The position numbers and the translations under genes are program-made. The notes under the pieces were generated by a model that made no database searches, had not been told where the DNA came from, and worked only from the letters and a program-made list of their open reading frames with translations. Of a stretch of DNA of 64,000 nt, positions 50,195-59,915 are shown piece after piece (positions within the stretch are counted from its first letter, which is position 1; each line of letters starts with the position of its first letter). Source of the DNA: Thermoleophilia bacterium (GTDB lineage: Bacteria > Actinomycetota > Thermoleophilia > UBA2241); NCBI GenBank assembly GCA_040772045.1, contig JAXGYV010000001.1:69577-133576 (forward strand), written 5' to 3'.

Positions 50195-51394
50195 TCAGCG
50201 GGGAGGGCCGGATGCGCCGTCTCGCGTACGAGCCCAGCGCGCCAGCACTTCCACGACTCGGCCGGCGGCTCTGCCGTCCCAGAGCGGGATGCGCGGTGGC
50301 TCCGCGGCAGCGGCGCGCGCTTGCCTGCCCCGTTCCACGGCCGCTCGCGCGGCGACCAAGATCGCGGCGTGATCGAAGGGATCTGCCAGGCGGTTGGTAC
50401 CCTCCGTTACCGTGATCGGTCGTTCGGTGGTGGTGCGGACCGTCACGCAGGGTATCCCGAGGGCGGTCGTCTCTTCCTGCACGCCGCCGGAGTCCGTGAT
50501 CACGGCGGCGGCGTGTCGCATGAGGCCGAGGAACTCAATGTAGCCCAGCGGATCGGTGAGGATCAGGCAGTTGCCGTCCCGCTGGCGATCGCGGTTCCAG
50601 CCAGGCAGTTCGGCAACGCGCGCACGCGTGCGCAGGTGCATGGGGAAGACCACCTGGACATCGCGGCCGAGGGTGTGCAAGACCCCCAGGAGCCGCTCGA
50701 GCTGTGGCGGATCGTCTACGTTGCTGGGGCGATGGAGCGTGACGAGCACGAATTCGCCAGCGCCGATGCCCAGCCTGGCGCGGGTGCCGGCCGCCGCCGC
50801 CTCGCCGCGTTCCAGGAGGTGCAGGAGCGAGTCGATCATGGTGTTGCCCACGTTCGTGATGCGCGCGGCGGGGATACCTTCGCGAAGCAGATTGGCGTTC
50901 GCCTCGGCACAGGTCGTGAGCAGTACGTCGGACACATGGTCGGCGACGATGCGATTGATCTCCTCTGGCATGGCGCGGTCGCCGCTGCGCAGACCGGCCT
51001 CGAGGTGAGCCACCGGCAGGACGAGTTTGGCTGCGGTGAGGGCGGCCGCGCACGTCGAGTTCACATCGCCTGGGACCAAGACGAGGTCGGGGCGGTGACG
51101 CAGCATGACCGGCTCCAGAGCCTCTAAAAGCCGGGCGGTCTGCCGCGCGTGGGAACCGGACCCCACGCGCAGGCTCTCATCGGGCTCGGGCAGGGCGAGC
51201 TGCTCCAGGAAGACCTGGCTGAGCACGTCGTCGTAGTGCTGGCCGGTATGAACGAGGACTTGTTCGAAGCGCGGTGCGCGAGCCTCACAGGATTCGTTCC
51301 AGGCCGTCATGGCCGCCATGACGGGCGCCACCTTCATGAAGTTGGGCCGCGCGCCGACCACGTGCATGATCTTGCAGGTGCGTGAGGCGGTCAT
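50195..51394 (-). CDS. wecB: UDP-N-acetylglucosamine 2-epimerase (non-hydrolysing)
   Basis: MHVVGARPNFMK N-terminus, HxxxGxR region, DSGGVQEE motif. Confidence 0.9.
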   Translation of the reverse strand: MTASRTCKIMHVVGARPNFMKVAPVMAAMTAWNESCEARAPRFEQVLVHTGQHYDDVLSQVFLEQLALPEPDESLRVGSGSHARQTARLLEALEPVMLRHRPDLVLVPGDVNSTCAAALTAAKLVLPVAHLEAGLRSGDRAMPEEINRIVADHVSDVLLTTCAEANANLLREGIPAARITNVGNTMIDSLLHLLERGEAAAAGTRARLGIGAGEFVLVTLHRPSNVDDPPQLERLLGVLHTLGRDVQVVFPMHLRTRARVAELPGWNRDRQRDGNCLILTDPLGYIEFLGLMRHAAAVITDSGGVQEETTALGIPCVTVRTTTERPITVTEGTNRLADPFDHAAILVAARAAVERGRQARAAAAEPPRIPLWDGRAAGRVVEVLARWARTRDGASGPPR

Positions 51395-52206
51395 GCCCGG
51401 TCGTCTCCCATGTTGTCCCTCCGCGCAGGCTGTTCACCGCGCCGCCCTCGCGGACGAAGGCGGTAGCGCAGCACCAAGAGCAGGAACGAGAGGTTGCCGA
51501 GCAGGTACCGGCGCCACATGCGTCCTGGCTCTTGCGCGAAGCGGAACACCCACTCCAGGCCGGTGCGCTGCATCCACCGCGGCGCTCGTCTCACCTCGCC
51601 GGCGTACACGTCGAAGCTGCCGCCGACCCCCATGCAGAACGGAACGCCGAGCGCCTGGAGATGCTCTGCCAGCCAGTACTCCTTGCGCGGGCTGGGGATG
51701 CCCAGGAAGAGGAGGTCGGCGTTCGACGTCCGCACGGCGGCGATCAGGTCGCCGAGCTCGTCATCTGCCCAGTAGCCGTGGCGCCAGCCGCAGATGCGCA
51801 ACCGCGCGTGGTCCCTCCGCGCGCGGGCGACGACCTTCTCGACGACCGCGGGTTTCGCCCCCAGGAAATACACCCCGTAGCCGCGGTCGGCGGCGAGCTG
51901 GAGCAGGGCCTGGAAGAGGTCGATGCCAGTCACTCGCTCCGGTAATGGCTGACCCAAGATGCGCGCCGCCCACACGATGGACTGTCCATCGGCGTTCACC
52001 AGGGCGCAGCCGGACACTATCTCGCGCAGGCGGGGATCTCTCTCCATCAGCACGGCCTTGTGGGCGTTCACGACGCAGTGCTGCGTCGGCGTGCCAGCGG
52101 AGATGAGACGTTCGATGCGGGCGAGGGTCTCGGCGAAGGTGAGGGGATCGATAGGGCATCCCGCCACCGAGACGCGAGGGGGGGTTGCCGCGCCCGTGGT
52201 GCTCAT
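51391..52206 (-). CDS. WecG/TagA/CpsF-family glycosyltransferase (UDP-ManNAc transferase type, GT26)
   Basis: VNADGQSIVWA and YFLGAKP motifs of GT26; overlaps the wecB start. Confidence 0.85.
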   Translation of the reverse strand: MSTTGAATPPRVSVAGCPIDPLTFAETLARIERLISAGTPTQHCVVNAHKAVLMERDPRLREIVSGCALVNADGQSIVWAARILGQPLPERVTGIDLFQALLQLAADRGYGVYFLGAKPAVVEKVVARARRDHARLRICGWRHGYWADDELGDLIAAVRTSNADLLFLGIPSPRKEYWLAEHLQALGVPFCMGVGGSFDVYAGEVRRAPRWMQRTGLEWVFRFAQEPGRMWRRYLLGNLSFLLLVLRYRLRPRGRRGEQPARRDNMGDDRA

Positions 52207-54131
52207 ACATTCCCCTTTCGAACGCCGGGGGAGACGGGCAGTATGGCGCTGCGCAGCCGCGCGCTAGATGCGCGGATGAACTGCTGGTGCCAGAGCTCGA
52301 ACACGATCAGGTCGAGCAGCACGCGCTTGTGATCCTCGCGCCCGGCGACGTGCTGGCGGATCATCTGGTCGACGGCGCTCGCGTTGAAGTAGTGGGCCGT
52401 GGCGGCCTCGCGGTCCAGCAGCAACTCGCGCACCTGGGTCGTGAGGTCGCTGCGCAACCACGCATCGAGGGGTGACTGGAACGGGATCTTCTTGCGCCGC
52501 AGCACTTCCTCGGGAACCCACGCGCTCACCGCTTTGCGCAGCAGGTACTTTTGGGTGCGGCCACGGATCTTGAGCGCGGCCGGAACACGCTCGACGAAAC
52601 GCATCAGCTCGAGATCGAGGAGCGGGACGCGAGCTTCCAGCGACACGGCCATGGCGAGTTTGTCTCCGTAGAGCAGCAGGTTGTCGGCGAGAGACAGGCG
52701 GGAGTCCATGTAGAGCATCTGGCTCAGTCCGTCGAGGTGGCTTACCTCCGCTCCCCACAGGGCGGTAGGGAGCTCGGGTTCATCGTGAGGCTGCAGTCCC
52801 GGAGCGTAGAGCCGGCCTTTCTGCTCGGCGTCGACGACCGTCCATACGGCCACCATGCGAGCGAGAGGGTCGCGCGTTCCCAGTGAGCGTACCGCGCGCT
52901 TCAAACGCTCGTTGCGCGGCAGGCGCGCCACTAGTACCCTGGCTACGCCGTCCAGCAGGGCGGGAGGAGCGCCGCGGAGCAACCAGCCGTAGCGTTCGCC
53001 CAGGTGTCGCGGATAGCCAGCGAAGGGTTCGTCGGCGCCTTGCCCGGTGAGGACGACCTTGACGGTGGTGGCCGCCAGCTCGCACACGCGGGAGTAGGCG
53101 AGCGTGGAGTCCGTGGCCACCAGATCCTCCAGGTACCACACGGCGCGGGGGAGGAATCCGACGTACTCGTCGGCCGAGATCACGATGTCGTGATGGCGGC
53201 TGCCCAAACGCCGCGCTGTGGCGCGGGCGTACGCCGTCTCGTCCAGGCGGTGGTGGCCGGCGAACCCCACGGTAAACGTATCGATGGGCTGCTCGGCCAG
53301 CCGTGCCATGAGGGTGGCCGTGGTCGTAGAGTCCACGCCGCCGCTCAGGAGTGCGCCAACCGGTACGTCGGCCACCATCTGACGGCGCACCGCGGCGGCG
53401 ATGAGCTCGCGAAGCTCCTCTACCAGAGCAGCTTCGTCGCGGGAGTCCATCGCCGTGGGCGCGGCGATGTGGTACCGGCGAAGCGCGCATCCCCGCGGCG
53501 TACAGACCAGGGCGTATCCCGGGGGGAGGCGGTGGATGCCGGCGAACGCCGTGCGCGGCGATGGGACGTAGCTGAAGCTCAAGTAGAGATCTAAGCCGAG
53601 CGGGTCGACGGCCCGAGGGACAGCCGGGTCGCACAGCAGGCTCTTGATCTCGGAGGCGAAACGGATCGTGCCACCAGTATCGTGGTAGTAGAGCGGTTTG
53701 ATGCCGTAGGGGTCGCGGGCCAGGACGAGCGTTCGTTCGGCGGCGTCCCACAGAGCGAGCCCGAACATGCCGTTGAGGCGGGTGAGGAAGGCGAAGCCCC
53801 ACTGCTCGTAGGCATGGACAAGAGCTTCGGTGTCGCTACGTGTACGAAAGATGTGGCCGTGGGCCGCGAGCTCCGCGCGGAGCTCGCGGAAGTTGTAGAT
53901 CTCGCCGTTGCACACCGTGACGTGCGTGCCGGCTTCGCTGGCGATGGGCTGGGCGCCGCCCTCGAGGTCGATGATACTCAGGCGGCGCATCCCCAGGCCG
54001 AGCGCGCCGGCGAAGTGGAAGCCGTCGTCGTCCGGTCCACGGTGCACCATGGCCGCCGTCATGTCGCGGATTGTGGTCTGCGATACCGGCTCGCCGTCAC
54101 GGTAGTTGTAGATGCCACAGATGCCGCACAT
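52203..54131 (-). CDS. Asparagine synthase (glutamine-hydrolysing) family amidotransferase paralog
   Basis: MCGICG Ntn-glutaminase start, SGGVDS PP-loop; 642 aa; embedded in a glycan operon rather than an amino-acid context. Confidence 0.9.
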   Translation of the reverse strand: MCGICGIYNYRDGEPVSQTTIRDMTAAMVHRGPDDDGFHFAGALGLGMRRLSIIDLEGGAQPIASEAGTHVTVCNGEIYNFRELRAELAAHGHIFRTRSDTEALVHAYEQWGFAFLTRLNGMFGLALWDAAERTLVLARDPYGIKPLYYHDTGGTIRFASEIKSLLCDPAVPRAVDPLGLDLYLSFSYVPSPRTAFAGIHRLPPGYALVCTPRGCALRRYHIAAPTAMDSRDEAALVEELRELIAAAVRRQMVADVPVGALLSGGVDSTTTATLMARLAEQPIDTFTVGFAGHHRLDETAYARATARRLGSRHHDIVISADEYVGFLPRAVWYLEDLVATDSTLAYSRVCELAATTVKVVLTGQGADEPFAGYPRHLGERYGWLLRGAPPALLDGVARVLVARLPRNERLKRAVRSLGTRDPLARMVAVWTVVDAEQKGRLYAPGLQPHDEPELPTALWGAEVSHLDGLSQMLYMDSRLSLADNLLLYGDKLAMAVSLEARVPLLDLELMRFVERVPAALKIRGRTQKYLLRKAVSAWVPEEVLRRKKIPFQSPLDAWLRSDLTTQVRELLLDREAATAHYFNASAVDQMIRQHVAGREDHKRVLLDLIVFELWHQQFIRASSARLRSAILPVSPGVRKGNV

Positions 54132-54136
54132 CGTGG

Positions 54137-55384
54137 TCAGTTGGTCTCCCGCACCGCCACGAGCACCAGCGCGCGAAACATCTGCGCTTGCGCCCAGCGA
54201 TGGTAGGGGACCGTATTACGTCCGCACATGGTCTCACGTGTCACGAAATGCCCGTCCGGCAGGACCCAGCGTCGCAGTACCTCCGTGAGGAGGGCCGTGC
54301 CGATCGCCGAGGCCTCAGGATCCACATCGGCCAACAGCAGGGCGAGGTTGATGCCTTCGGCGTAGTCGTACAACTCGCGCCGCTGGAGCGTGGGGCGCTC
54401 CGAGTAGGCGAACGGCACCGGCAGCCCGGCGGAGTCGAGAAGGGAGGACTTGTAGGAAGCGTAACCACGGAAGGCGGCTGCTAGGAGATCGGAGTCGCCG
54501 AGGACGCGCCATGCTTTGATGAGGTTCTTCAGGACGAGACACGTGTGCAGGTTATCGACGAACGCATCCTTGCCATCCATGGCGTACAACCAGGAGCCAT
54601 CCGGCCGCTGGCTGTACAGGACGAAGGCCAGCGTAGCTCGTGCCTCAGCGAGCCACTCGTCGGCGGCGAATCGCGAACCGGCCGCGGCGAGCAGGAAGCC
54701 GCGGTATGCGCTCGCGTTCACCACGCGCCGGCTGTCGTACGGCGAGTACGCGGAGGCGCGCACACCCGGGGCGATCTCCGTGCTCGGGATGCGGGCGTAA
54801 GCGAAGCGCGCGATGGACTCCATGATAGCCAGATACCGCGGTTCGGCCGTGGTCGCGTACGCCGCCTCGGCGGCCTCGTACGCGTACGGCGTGGACGTGA
54901 TCAGAGGCGTGCCCGCTTTCCAGGTGCCGAAGCACGTCTGCCAATCGAACGGGTAGCCCCAGCAGTGCTCGGGCTCGCCGGGACAGCGCTGGTCCAAGAG
55001 CGCCGCGAGGTGCTGCTGTCCGCGCGACGACCAGGCTGGATCGTGGGCTTGTGCCAGTGCGAAGAACCCCATGGCGTAGTGGGCGTCGGCGATGGGGAAC
55101 CGCTGACGGTGCCACAGGAGCTTGCGCGTGGCCGGGAGAGCGGTGTCGAGCAAGACGAATGGGGCTACCAGGGGGAGGCCCAACCACCGGTGGCGGTAGT
55201 AGACGGCTTTCGCCCGCCGACCCACCGGGTTGGCCCACAGATCGTGCGCGTCCCACGACGTGGGGCCGTACATCTCCAGCCATGCCGCGTGCCGGAGCGC
55301 CGCGTGCAGCGCGGCTGCGGAGAGGCGCGACTGGTCGTGGTGGCGCGCGGCGTACGAGCTTGGCGAGGGGGGAGCCGCGCTCAT
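54137..55384 (-). CDS. Hypothetical protein of the glycan cluster (415 aa; Trp/Tyr-rich, possibly an alpha/alpha-toroid polysaccharide-modifying enzyme)
   Basis: Long ORF with operon-like overlaps on both sides; no confident family from reading. Confidence 0.5.
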   Translation of the reverse strand: MSAAPPSPSSYAARHHDQSRLSAAALHAALRHAAWLEMYGPTSWDAHDLWANPVGRRAKAVYYRHRWLGLPLVAPFVLLDTALPATRKLLWHRQRFPIADAHYAMGFFALAQAHDPAWSSRGQQHLAALLDQRCPGEPEHCWGYPFDWQTCFGTWKAGTPLITSTPYAYEAAEAAYATTAEPRYLAIMESIARFAYARIPSTEIAPGVRASAYSPYDSRRVVNASAYRGFLLAAAGSRFAADEWLAEARATLAFVLYSQRPDGSWLYAMDGKDAFVDNLHTCLVLKNLIKAWRVLGDSDLLAAAFRGYASYKSSLLDSAGLPVPFAYSERPTLQRRELYDYAEGINLALLLADVDPEASAIGTALLTEVLRRWVLPDGHFVTRETMCGRNTVPYHRWAQAQMFRALVLVAVRETN

Positions 55385-56559
55385 GGTTCCTCCCGTCGTC
55401 GCGACGAGGCACGGCGCGGCGCACTGTCGCGAGCCACGCGCTCGAGGATCGTCAGGTACCGAGGTGTCACCGCCGCGGGCGCGAACTCCTTGACTTTGGC
55501 GAGGTTGTTGGCGGCCATCGTCGCTCGCAGCCCGTCGTCAGCCAGCAGACGCTCGATAGCCTCGGCGAGTTTCTCGGGCTCCCGTGGCGGAATGAACAGG
55601 GCGTTCACGCCCTCTGCGAGCCGCTCGGCGGCACCGGGGAGATTGGTGGTGACGATAGGCAGTCCCCTGCTCATCGCCTCCGGCAGCACTGTGGGGAAGC
55701 CCTCACGGTACGAAGGCAGGACGAAGACGTCAGCCTGGCGGTAACAGGCACCGAGGGCTTCGCCCGATACGTGTCCGCGCCAGTCGATCTTGTCCGCGAT
55801 CCCCAGCAGGCGCGCCTGCTGGGCCAAGGCGTTCGCGCTGGGGCCATCGCCCGCGACCACCAGACGGCACGGCACGGCCGCGTTGAGGTGCGCGAGCGCT
55901 TGCAGGAGGTCCGCCACGCCTTTCTGTGGTACCAGGCGACCAACGTACAGGATGGTTGGCTCAGCGGGTGGCGTGGTCTGGCTGGGCTCGCGTGCCGCGT
56001 CTAGTGGTATGGGTGCAGCCGCGTCAGGGACAAAGGGATTCGTAACCACGTCGAAGCGGCTGTTCGGCAGGAAGGCGGACCACTCGTCGCGCTCCTGCGT
56101 GGAGAGCACCAGAGTGGCGTCGGCCTGCCGAACGAGCAGGCGAGACGCGAGCTTGAGCAGCCGGTGCCCCGGGGCGACCAGGCGGTCGGAGTGACTGCCG
56201 TGGAAGTGCAGGACGCGATGCGCGCACAGCCGTCGCGTGGCCAAAACCAGGGGGATATCGCGCAGAAGCCCGCCCCAGTTGTGCGCGGTGGCGATGAAGA
56301 GCACGTCGACTGGGCGTCGCCGGAGCTGGCGGCGGATGCGCGCGATGTCCGCGGTCCGGCCAATCGTCTTCGAGAGCAGCGTCTCCTCGTCGGTGTGGCG
56401 GCCCCAGCTCGCGGTCTCGACAGCACAGCCCAGGAGTCTGAGGTGGTCTACCAGGAGCGGGACGATCTTGGGGATAGGGCCGCGAACGTGCGCGTGCGGG
56501 GCGAGCAGCAGCAGTCGTAGCCTCCGCCCAACGGGTGCATGATCGTCGGTCGCGGTCAT
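55381..56559 (-). CDS. Glycosyltransferase family 4 (GT-B, retaining)
   Basis: C-terminal EGFPTVLPEAMSRGLPIV and LVVAGDG motifs. Confidence 0.85.
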   Translation of the reverse strand: MTATDDHAPVGRRLRLLLLAPHAHVRGPIPKIVPLLVDHLRLLGCAVETASWGRHTDEETLLSKTIGRTADIARIRRQLRRRPVDVLFIATAHNWGGLLRDIPLVLATRRLCAHRVLHFHGSHSDRLVAPGHRLLKLASRLLVRQADATLVLSTQERDEWSAFLPNSRFDVVTNPFVPDAAAPIPLDAAREPSQTTPPAEPTILYVGRLVPQKGVADLLQALAHLNAAVPCRLVVAGDGPSANALAQQARLLGIADKIDWRGHVSGEALGACYRQADVFVLPSYREGFPTVLPEAMSRGLPIVTTNLPGAAERLAEGVNALFIPPREPEKLAEAIERLLADDGLRATMAANNLAKVKEFAPAAVTPRYLTILERVARDSAPRRASSRRREEP

Positions 56560-56696
56560 CTCGGGACGCCTATCTCTCGCTCGTGAAGCCCCGTCATCGT
56601 ATCGGCAGGCGGTCGAAAAAGGCGAACCGCCGGATGCGCGGATGGGTACCCATCAGGATGGTCGACCACCACTCGCAGTCCTCGGCCATCCGATGA

Positions 56697-57788
56697 CTAG
56701 GCCGAGGTGGCCTCTTCATATACACGGACGAAACCCTCGACCATACGCTCGAGAGAGTAGACGTCGGCGATACGGCGCCAACCCGCCGTGCCCATGGCGC
56801 GGCGTTCGGCTCCGTGAGCGCACAGATAAGCGATGCGCTCGGCGAGCGCCGTGGCGTCGGTCGGAGGGACCACGAAGCCGGTTTCCCCATCCTCGACGAG
56901 CTCGCGATTGCCGCCGCCCTCTCCGCAGATCACCGGCAGGCCGCACGCCATGTACTCCATGATGGCGTTGGAACAGCCCTCCTGCGCCCACGCCGGATCG
57001 GTCATGAGCACGCCGATGTCCGCCTGGTACATCTGAGGGATCGCCTCGAGGCCGGCGGTGGCGAACACGACCGTGCCGTCAGCGAGCAGGTCGGCGGCCT
57101 CCGCCATGAGAGCCGGGCGAGTCGGGCCGTCTCCGACGAAGAGGAAGCGATAGGGATGCTGTCTCCGCAGGAGGCGAGCCGCGGCGATCACGAGGCGATA
57201 GTTCTTCTCGGGCGCCATTCTGCCGACCATGACAACCGTGCAGGGCTTGGGCGCGTCGGCTGACGAGTGTTCGGCGCTCGTGCCGGCCGTCGAACATGCG
57301 GCGAGGCGGGAACGGTCGAAACCGTTGGCCACCACGCATCCCTTACGCGGCGGCACGCCCCACGCCTGCAGGCCGGCGTGCGAGTTGGCCACGACGGTGG
57401 TGGCGCACGCCATGCCGACGCGTTTGAGGGGCAGGTGCGCGGATTGCAGAGCGCCTGTGCGGATGGTGCCGTCGATGAGGGGGATGCGGCAGAGCCGGCA
57501 GACCGGGCCGGCGATCAAGGTGGAGATCCAACTCCATGAGTGCACGACGTCTGGTCGCGACAGGGCGATCTCCCGCCAGAGAGTGGCCGCCGGATCTGGG
57601 TCGAAGCGGGAGCGGCGCTTGAGAACGCGTACGGCGATGCCGCGCTCGCGGAGGTAAGTTACGAACGGTCCTCCGCCCAGCGCGCACACGCGCCGTTCCC
57701 ATTCCGCGGGCAAGCCGGCGGCCAACAGGGTCATCTGCCGCTCTGCTCCGCCGTTACCGAGGGAGTCTACGAGGAAGAGCACCTTCAC
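56697..57788 (-). CDS. Glycosyltransferase family 4
   Basis: MKVLFLVDSLGNGGAE N-terminus, EGCSNAIMEYMACGLPVI C-terminal motif. Confidence 0.85.
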   Translation of the reverse strand: MKVLFLVDSLGNGGAERQMTLLAAGLPAEWERRVCALGGGPFVTYLRERGIAVRVLKRRSRFDPDPAATLWREIALSRPDVVHSWSWISTLIAGPVCRLCRIPLIDGTIRTGALQSAHLPLKRVGMACATTVVANSHAGLQAWGVPPRKGCVVANGFDRSRLAACSTAGTSAEHSSADAPKPCTVVMVGRMAPEKNYRLVIAAARLLRRQHPYRFLFVGDGPTRPALMAEAADLLADGTVVFATAGLEAIPQMYQADIGVLMTDPAWAQEGCSNAIMEYMACGLPVICGEGGGNRELVEDGETGFVVPPTDATALAERIAYLCAHGAERRAMGTAGWRRIADVYSLERMVEGFVRVYEEATSA

Positions 57789-58783
57789 AGACCGCGTACC
57801 TCTAGTTCGCCGGCCGAGAGTTCCCGTGCGGCCGCCGTGAGGCCGATGAAGCTCCCGCCGCCCGCGCGAACTTCGCGGAAGAACTCAGTGAGGCAGCGGT
57901 AGAGCGCGCGAATGGACTCTGCCGTAGGTCGAAAGGGACTTCCGCCGGGCAGCAACTCGCTGCTGTGGAACATCATCACCGCGATCTTAACACCGGTGCG
58001 CTCGGCGTGTCGCCAGACCCGCAGGAGATCCGCGGGCCCATAGTGAGGTCGGGGTGCGAGCCACATGGGCTGCGGCTGCAGCCAAGTACGCAGAAGGACC
58101 TTGCGTATGGCTCGCGCGGGCTTCGCTTGGTACGCCCGCAGGAGAGTCGGGTGCCTGCGGAGTACATCGTATGTCGGCAGCACGGTCACCGGGATCTCGA
58201 TGAGCGGTACGCCGCCGCTGCCGCTCACGCGAAACGGCTGCACCGAGCAGTGCGAGAAATCCGGCCCCGCCTCGCCCGGCAGGCCGGGCGTGTCTCGCCA
58301 GGAAGTCAGCGGCGTGACGGACGAGTCGACCACGTAGCCCTCCTGGACGAGCGCCTGAGCGACGCGAAGGTCGAAGCCAAACCGGCCAGCGCGAAACGCT
58401 GTCGGCACCGCGCCGAACGCGCTGGCGATCTCTCGCGTTAGATTGTGGAGCTTCTCCTGCAAGAGGGAGGTGGGGAGCTGTGAGGGAAACGCGTGGATCC
58501 GATCGTTAAACCGCAGGCCGGGCGCGTCCACAAACGGCGGGGTGGTCCATGGGTGAAGGTGTGCGCCCACTTCGACGAGCCCTTGCCGCTGCCAATTCGA
58601 CAGGTAGTCGCGCGCGAGGTCGTCGGCGGCCATCTCCGAAGTGAGGAGGTAGGTGGGGATCACGCCGTACTCGTCGCAGAGTTCTTGAAATCTCGGCCAG
58701 CTTCGCACATTACGGGTGTTGACCGGGCAGCCGTGGTCCCACTGGCAGTCTGCCTCCACGTCTAGGGTAACCGCGAGCTTCAT
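57785..58783 (-). CDS. Polysaccharide-deacetylase-like protein (WalW-type, divergent CE4-like)
   Basis: MKLAVTLDVEAD N-terminus typical of the WalW-like deacetylase subfamily; internal ATG chosen (ATGA overlap with upstream gene). Confidence 0.6.
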   Translation of the reverse strand: MKLAVTLDVEADCQWDHGCPVNTRNVRSWPRFQELCDEYGVIPTYLLTSEMAADDLARDYLSNWQRQGLVEVGAHLHPWTTPPFVDAPGLRFNDRIHAFPSQLPTSLLQEKLHNLTREIASAFGAVPTAFRAGRFGFDLRVAQALVQEGYVVDSSVTPLTSWRDTPGLPGEAGPDFSHCSVQPFRVSGSGGVPLIEIPVTVLPTYDVLRRHPTLLRAYQAKPARAIRKVLLRTWLQPQPMWLAPRPHYGPADLLRVWRHAERTGVKIAVMMFHSSELLPGGSPFRPTAESIRALYRCLTEFFREVRAGGGSFIGLTAAARELSAGELEVRGL

Positions 58784-59868
58784 CGCCGGCGGCCACCTGC
58801 GCGGCGCTGCAGAACCGCTGTGTGCAGCCGTCGGACGGCGTGCGCTGAGGCCGCGATGGTCGGTGAGGACATTTTCTCGTGGATAGCCACCACCTTCTCG
58901 GGCTCCGCCGTAGGGGCGAAGCCACGCTTGAAGAAGTTGACGCCCCACAAGGGGTCTTCCGGCCGGGCCATCAAGCTGTAACCCCCGAGATCAAACAGGG
59001 TGCAGCCGCGCGCGCGAGCCCAGCGTATGGCCTCCCAGAGGAGGAGGTGCGAGCCCGACGCTTTGCCAGACGCCTTGGGGTTGCGCCCGGAGGGCAGCAT
59101 GCGGAGGTGCGCGCGCTCGCGGTAGATAATCACCAGGGCAGCGGCCAGCGGCTGGTTGCCCTCGCGGGCGATAAGGACAGTGCCGCCGCTGCCGCCGTGC
59201 AGCCAGCACCGGCTGATGCGAGCGAGGAGATCGGGAGAGGCCGTCTCCACGGGGGCTCGCTCGCGCATGGCGCGCTGCAGGTCGCAGAGAATGGCCTGAC
59301 CCTCGGCCGTGTCTTCAGGCTGGACGGCGACGCCGAGTCGCAGGCACTTCCTGATCTCCTGGCGAGTGGAGCTGCGAAACGATGCGAGCAGGGCCTCTTC
59401 GCTGAGAGAGAGGTCGATGCACAGTGTCGCCCACGTCCCGAACAGGCGATGCCGTACGTAACCGTGTCGCTCCAGCGTGGACTCCACGGCGTCGCCTCCG
59501 CCGTCGAGGGGCAGAGGGGGCGCGACCCGTATGCGCGCCGCGTCGTGCGCGAGCACACCGTCCAGCCACCCTAGCCAGTGGTCGAACACCTCGCCGTCCA
59601 GAAAAGTTGGCCCCTTACTGAACTCCCAGAAGGAACGGCCCGGGATGGGCAGCTGGCGGCGTACTCCTAGCGCGGTCAGACAGACTTCGCCATCCTGCTC
59701 GCCCCAGAAGAAGAACGGCCGGCGAGCCGTACGTCCTTGCCCAGAGCGCTCGACCTCTGCCCAGTCGGGATCCGCGAGGTAATGCGTCCAGGGGACTTGC
59801 TCGGCGTGCCGCTGCCACCGCGCACGTACGTCGGGCTCCAGCCATGGGGAGTAGAAGAATGCATACAT
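58780..59868 (-). CDS. FemAB-family / GNAT-fold peptidyl- or aminoacyl-transferase-like protein
   Basis: Two-GNAT-lobe length (roughly 360 aa), C-terminal FDLGG...FKRGF region as in FemAB-related EPS-associated proteins; internal ATG MYAFFYSPW chosen. Confidence 0.6.
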   Translation of the reverse strand: MYAFFYSPWLEPDVRARWQRHAEQVPWTHYLADPDWAEVERSGQGRTARRPFFFWGEQDGEVCLTALGVRRQLPIPGRSFWEFSKGPTFLDGEVFDHWLGWLDGVLAHDAARIRVAPPLPLDGGGDAVESTLERHGYVRHRLFGTWATLCIDLSLSEEALLASFRSSTRQEIRKCLRLGVAVQPEDTAEGQAILCDLQRAMRERAPVETASPDLLARISRCWLHGGSGGTVLIAREGNQPLAAALVIIYRERAHLRMLPSGRNPKASGKASGSHLLLWEAIRWARARGCTLFDLGGYSLMARPEDPLWGVNFFKRGFAPTAEPEKVVAIHEKMSSPTIAASAHAVRRLHTAVLQRRAGGRRR

Positions 59869-59915
59869 CGTATCCCGCGGTTCTCCCTCGTGTCTCGCGC
59901 GAGCGCTGAGCGCCC

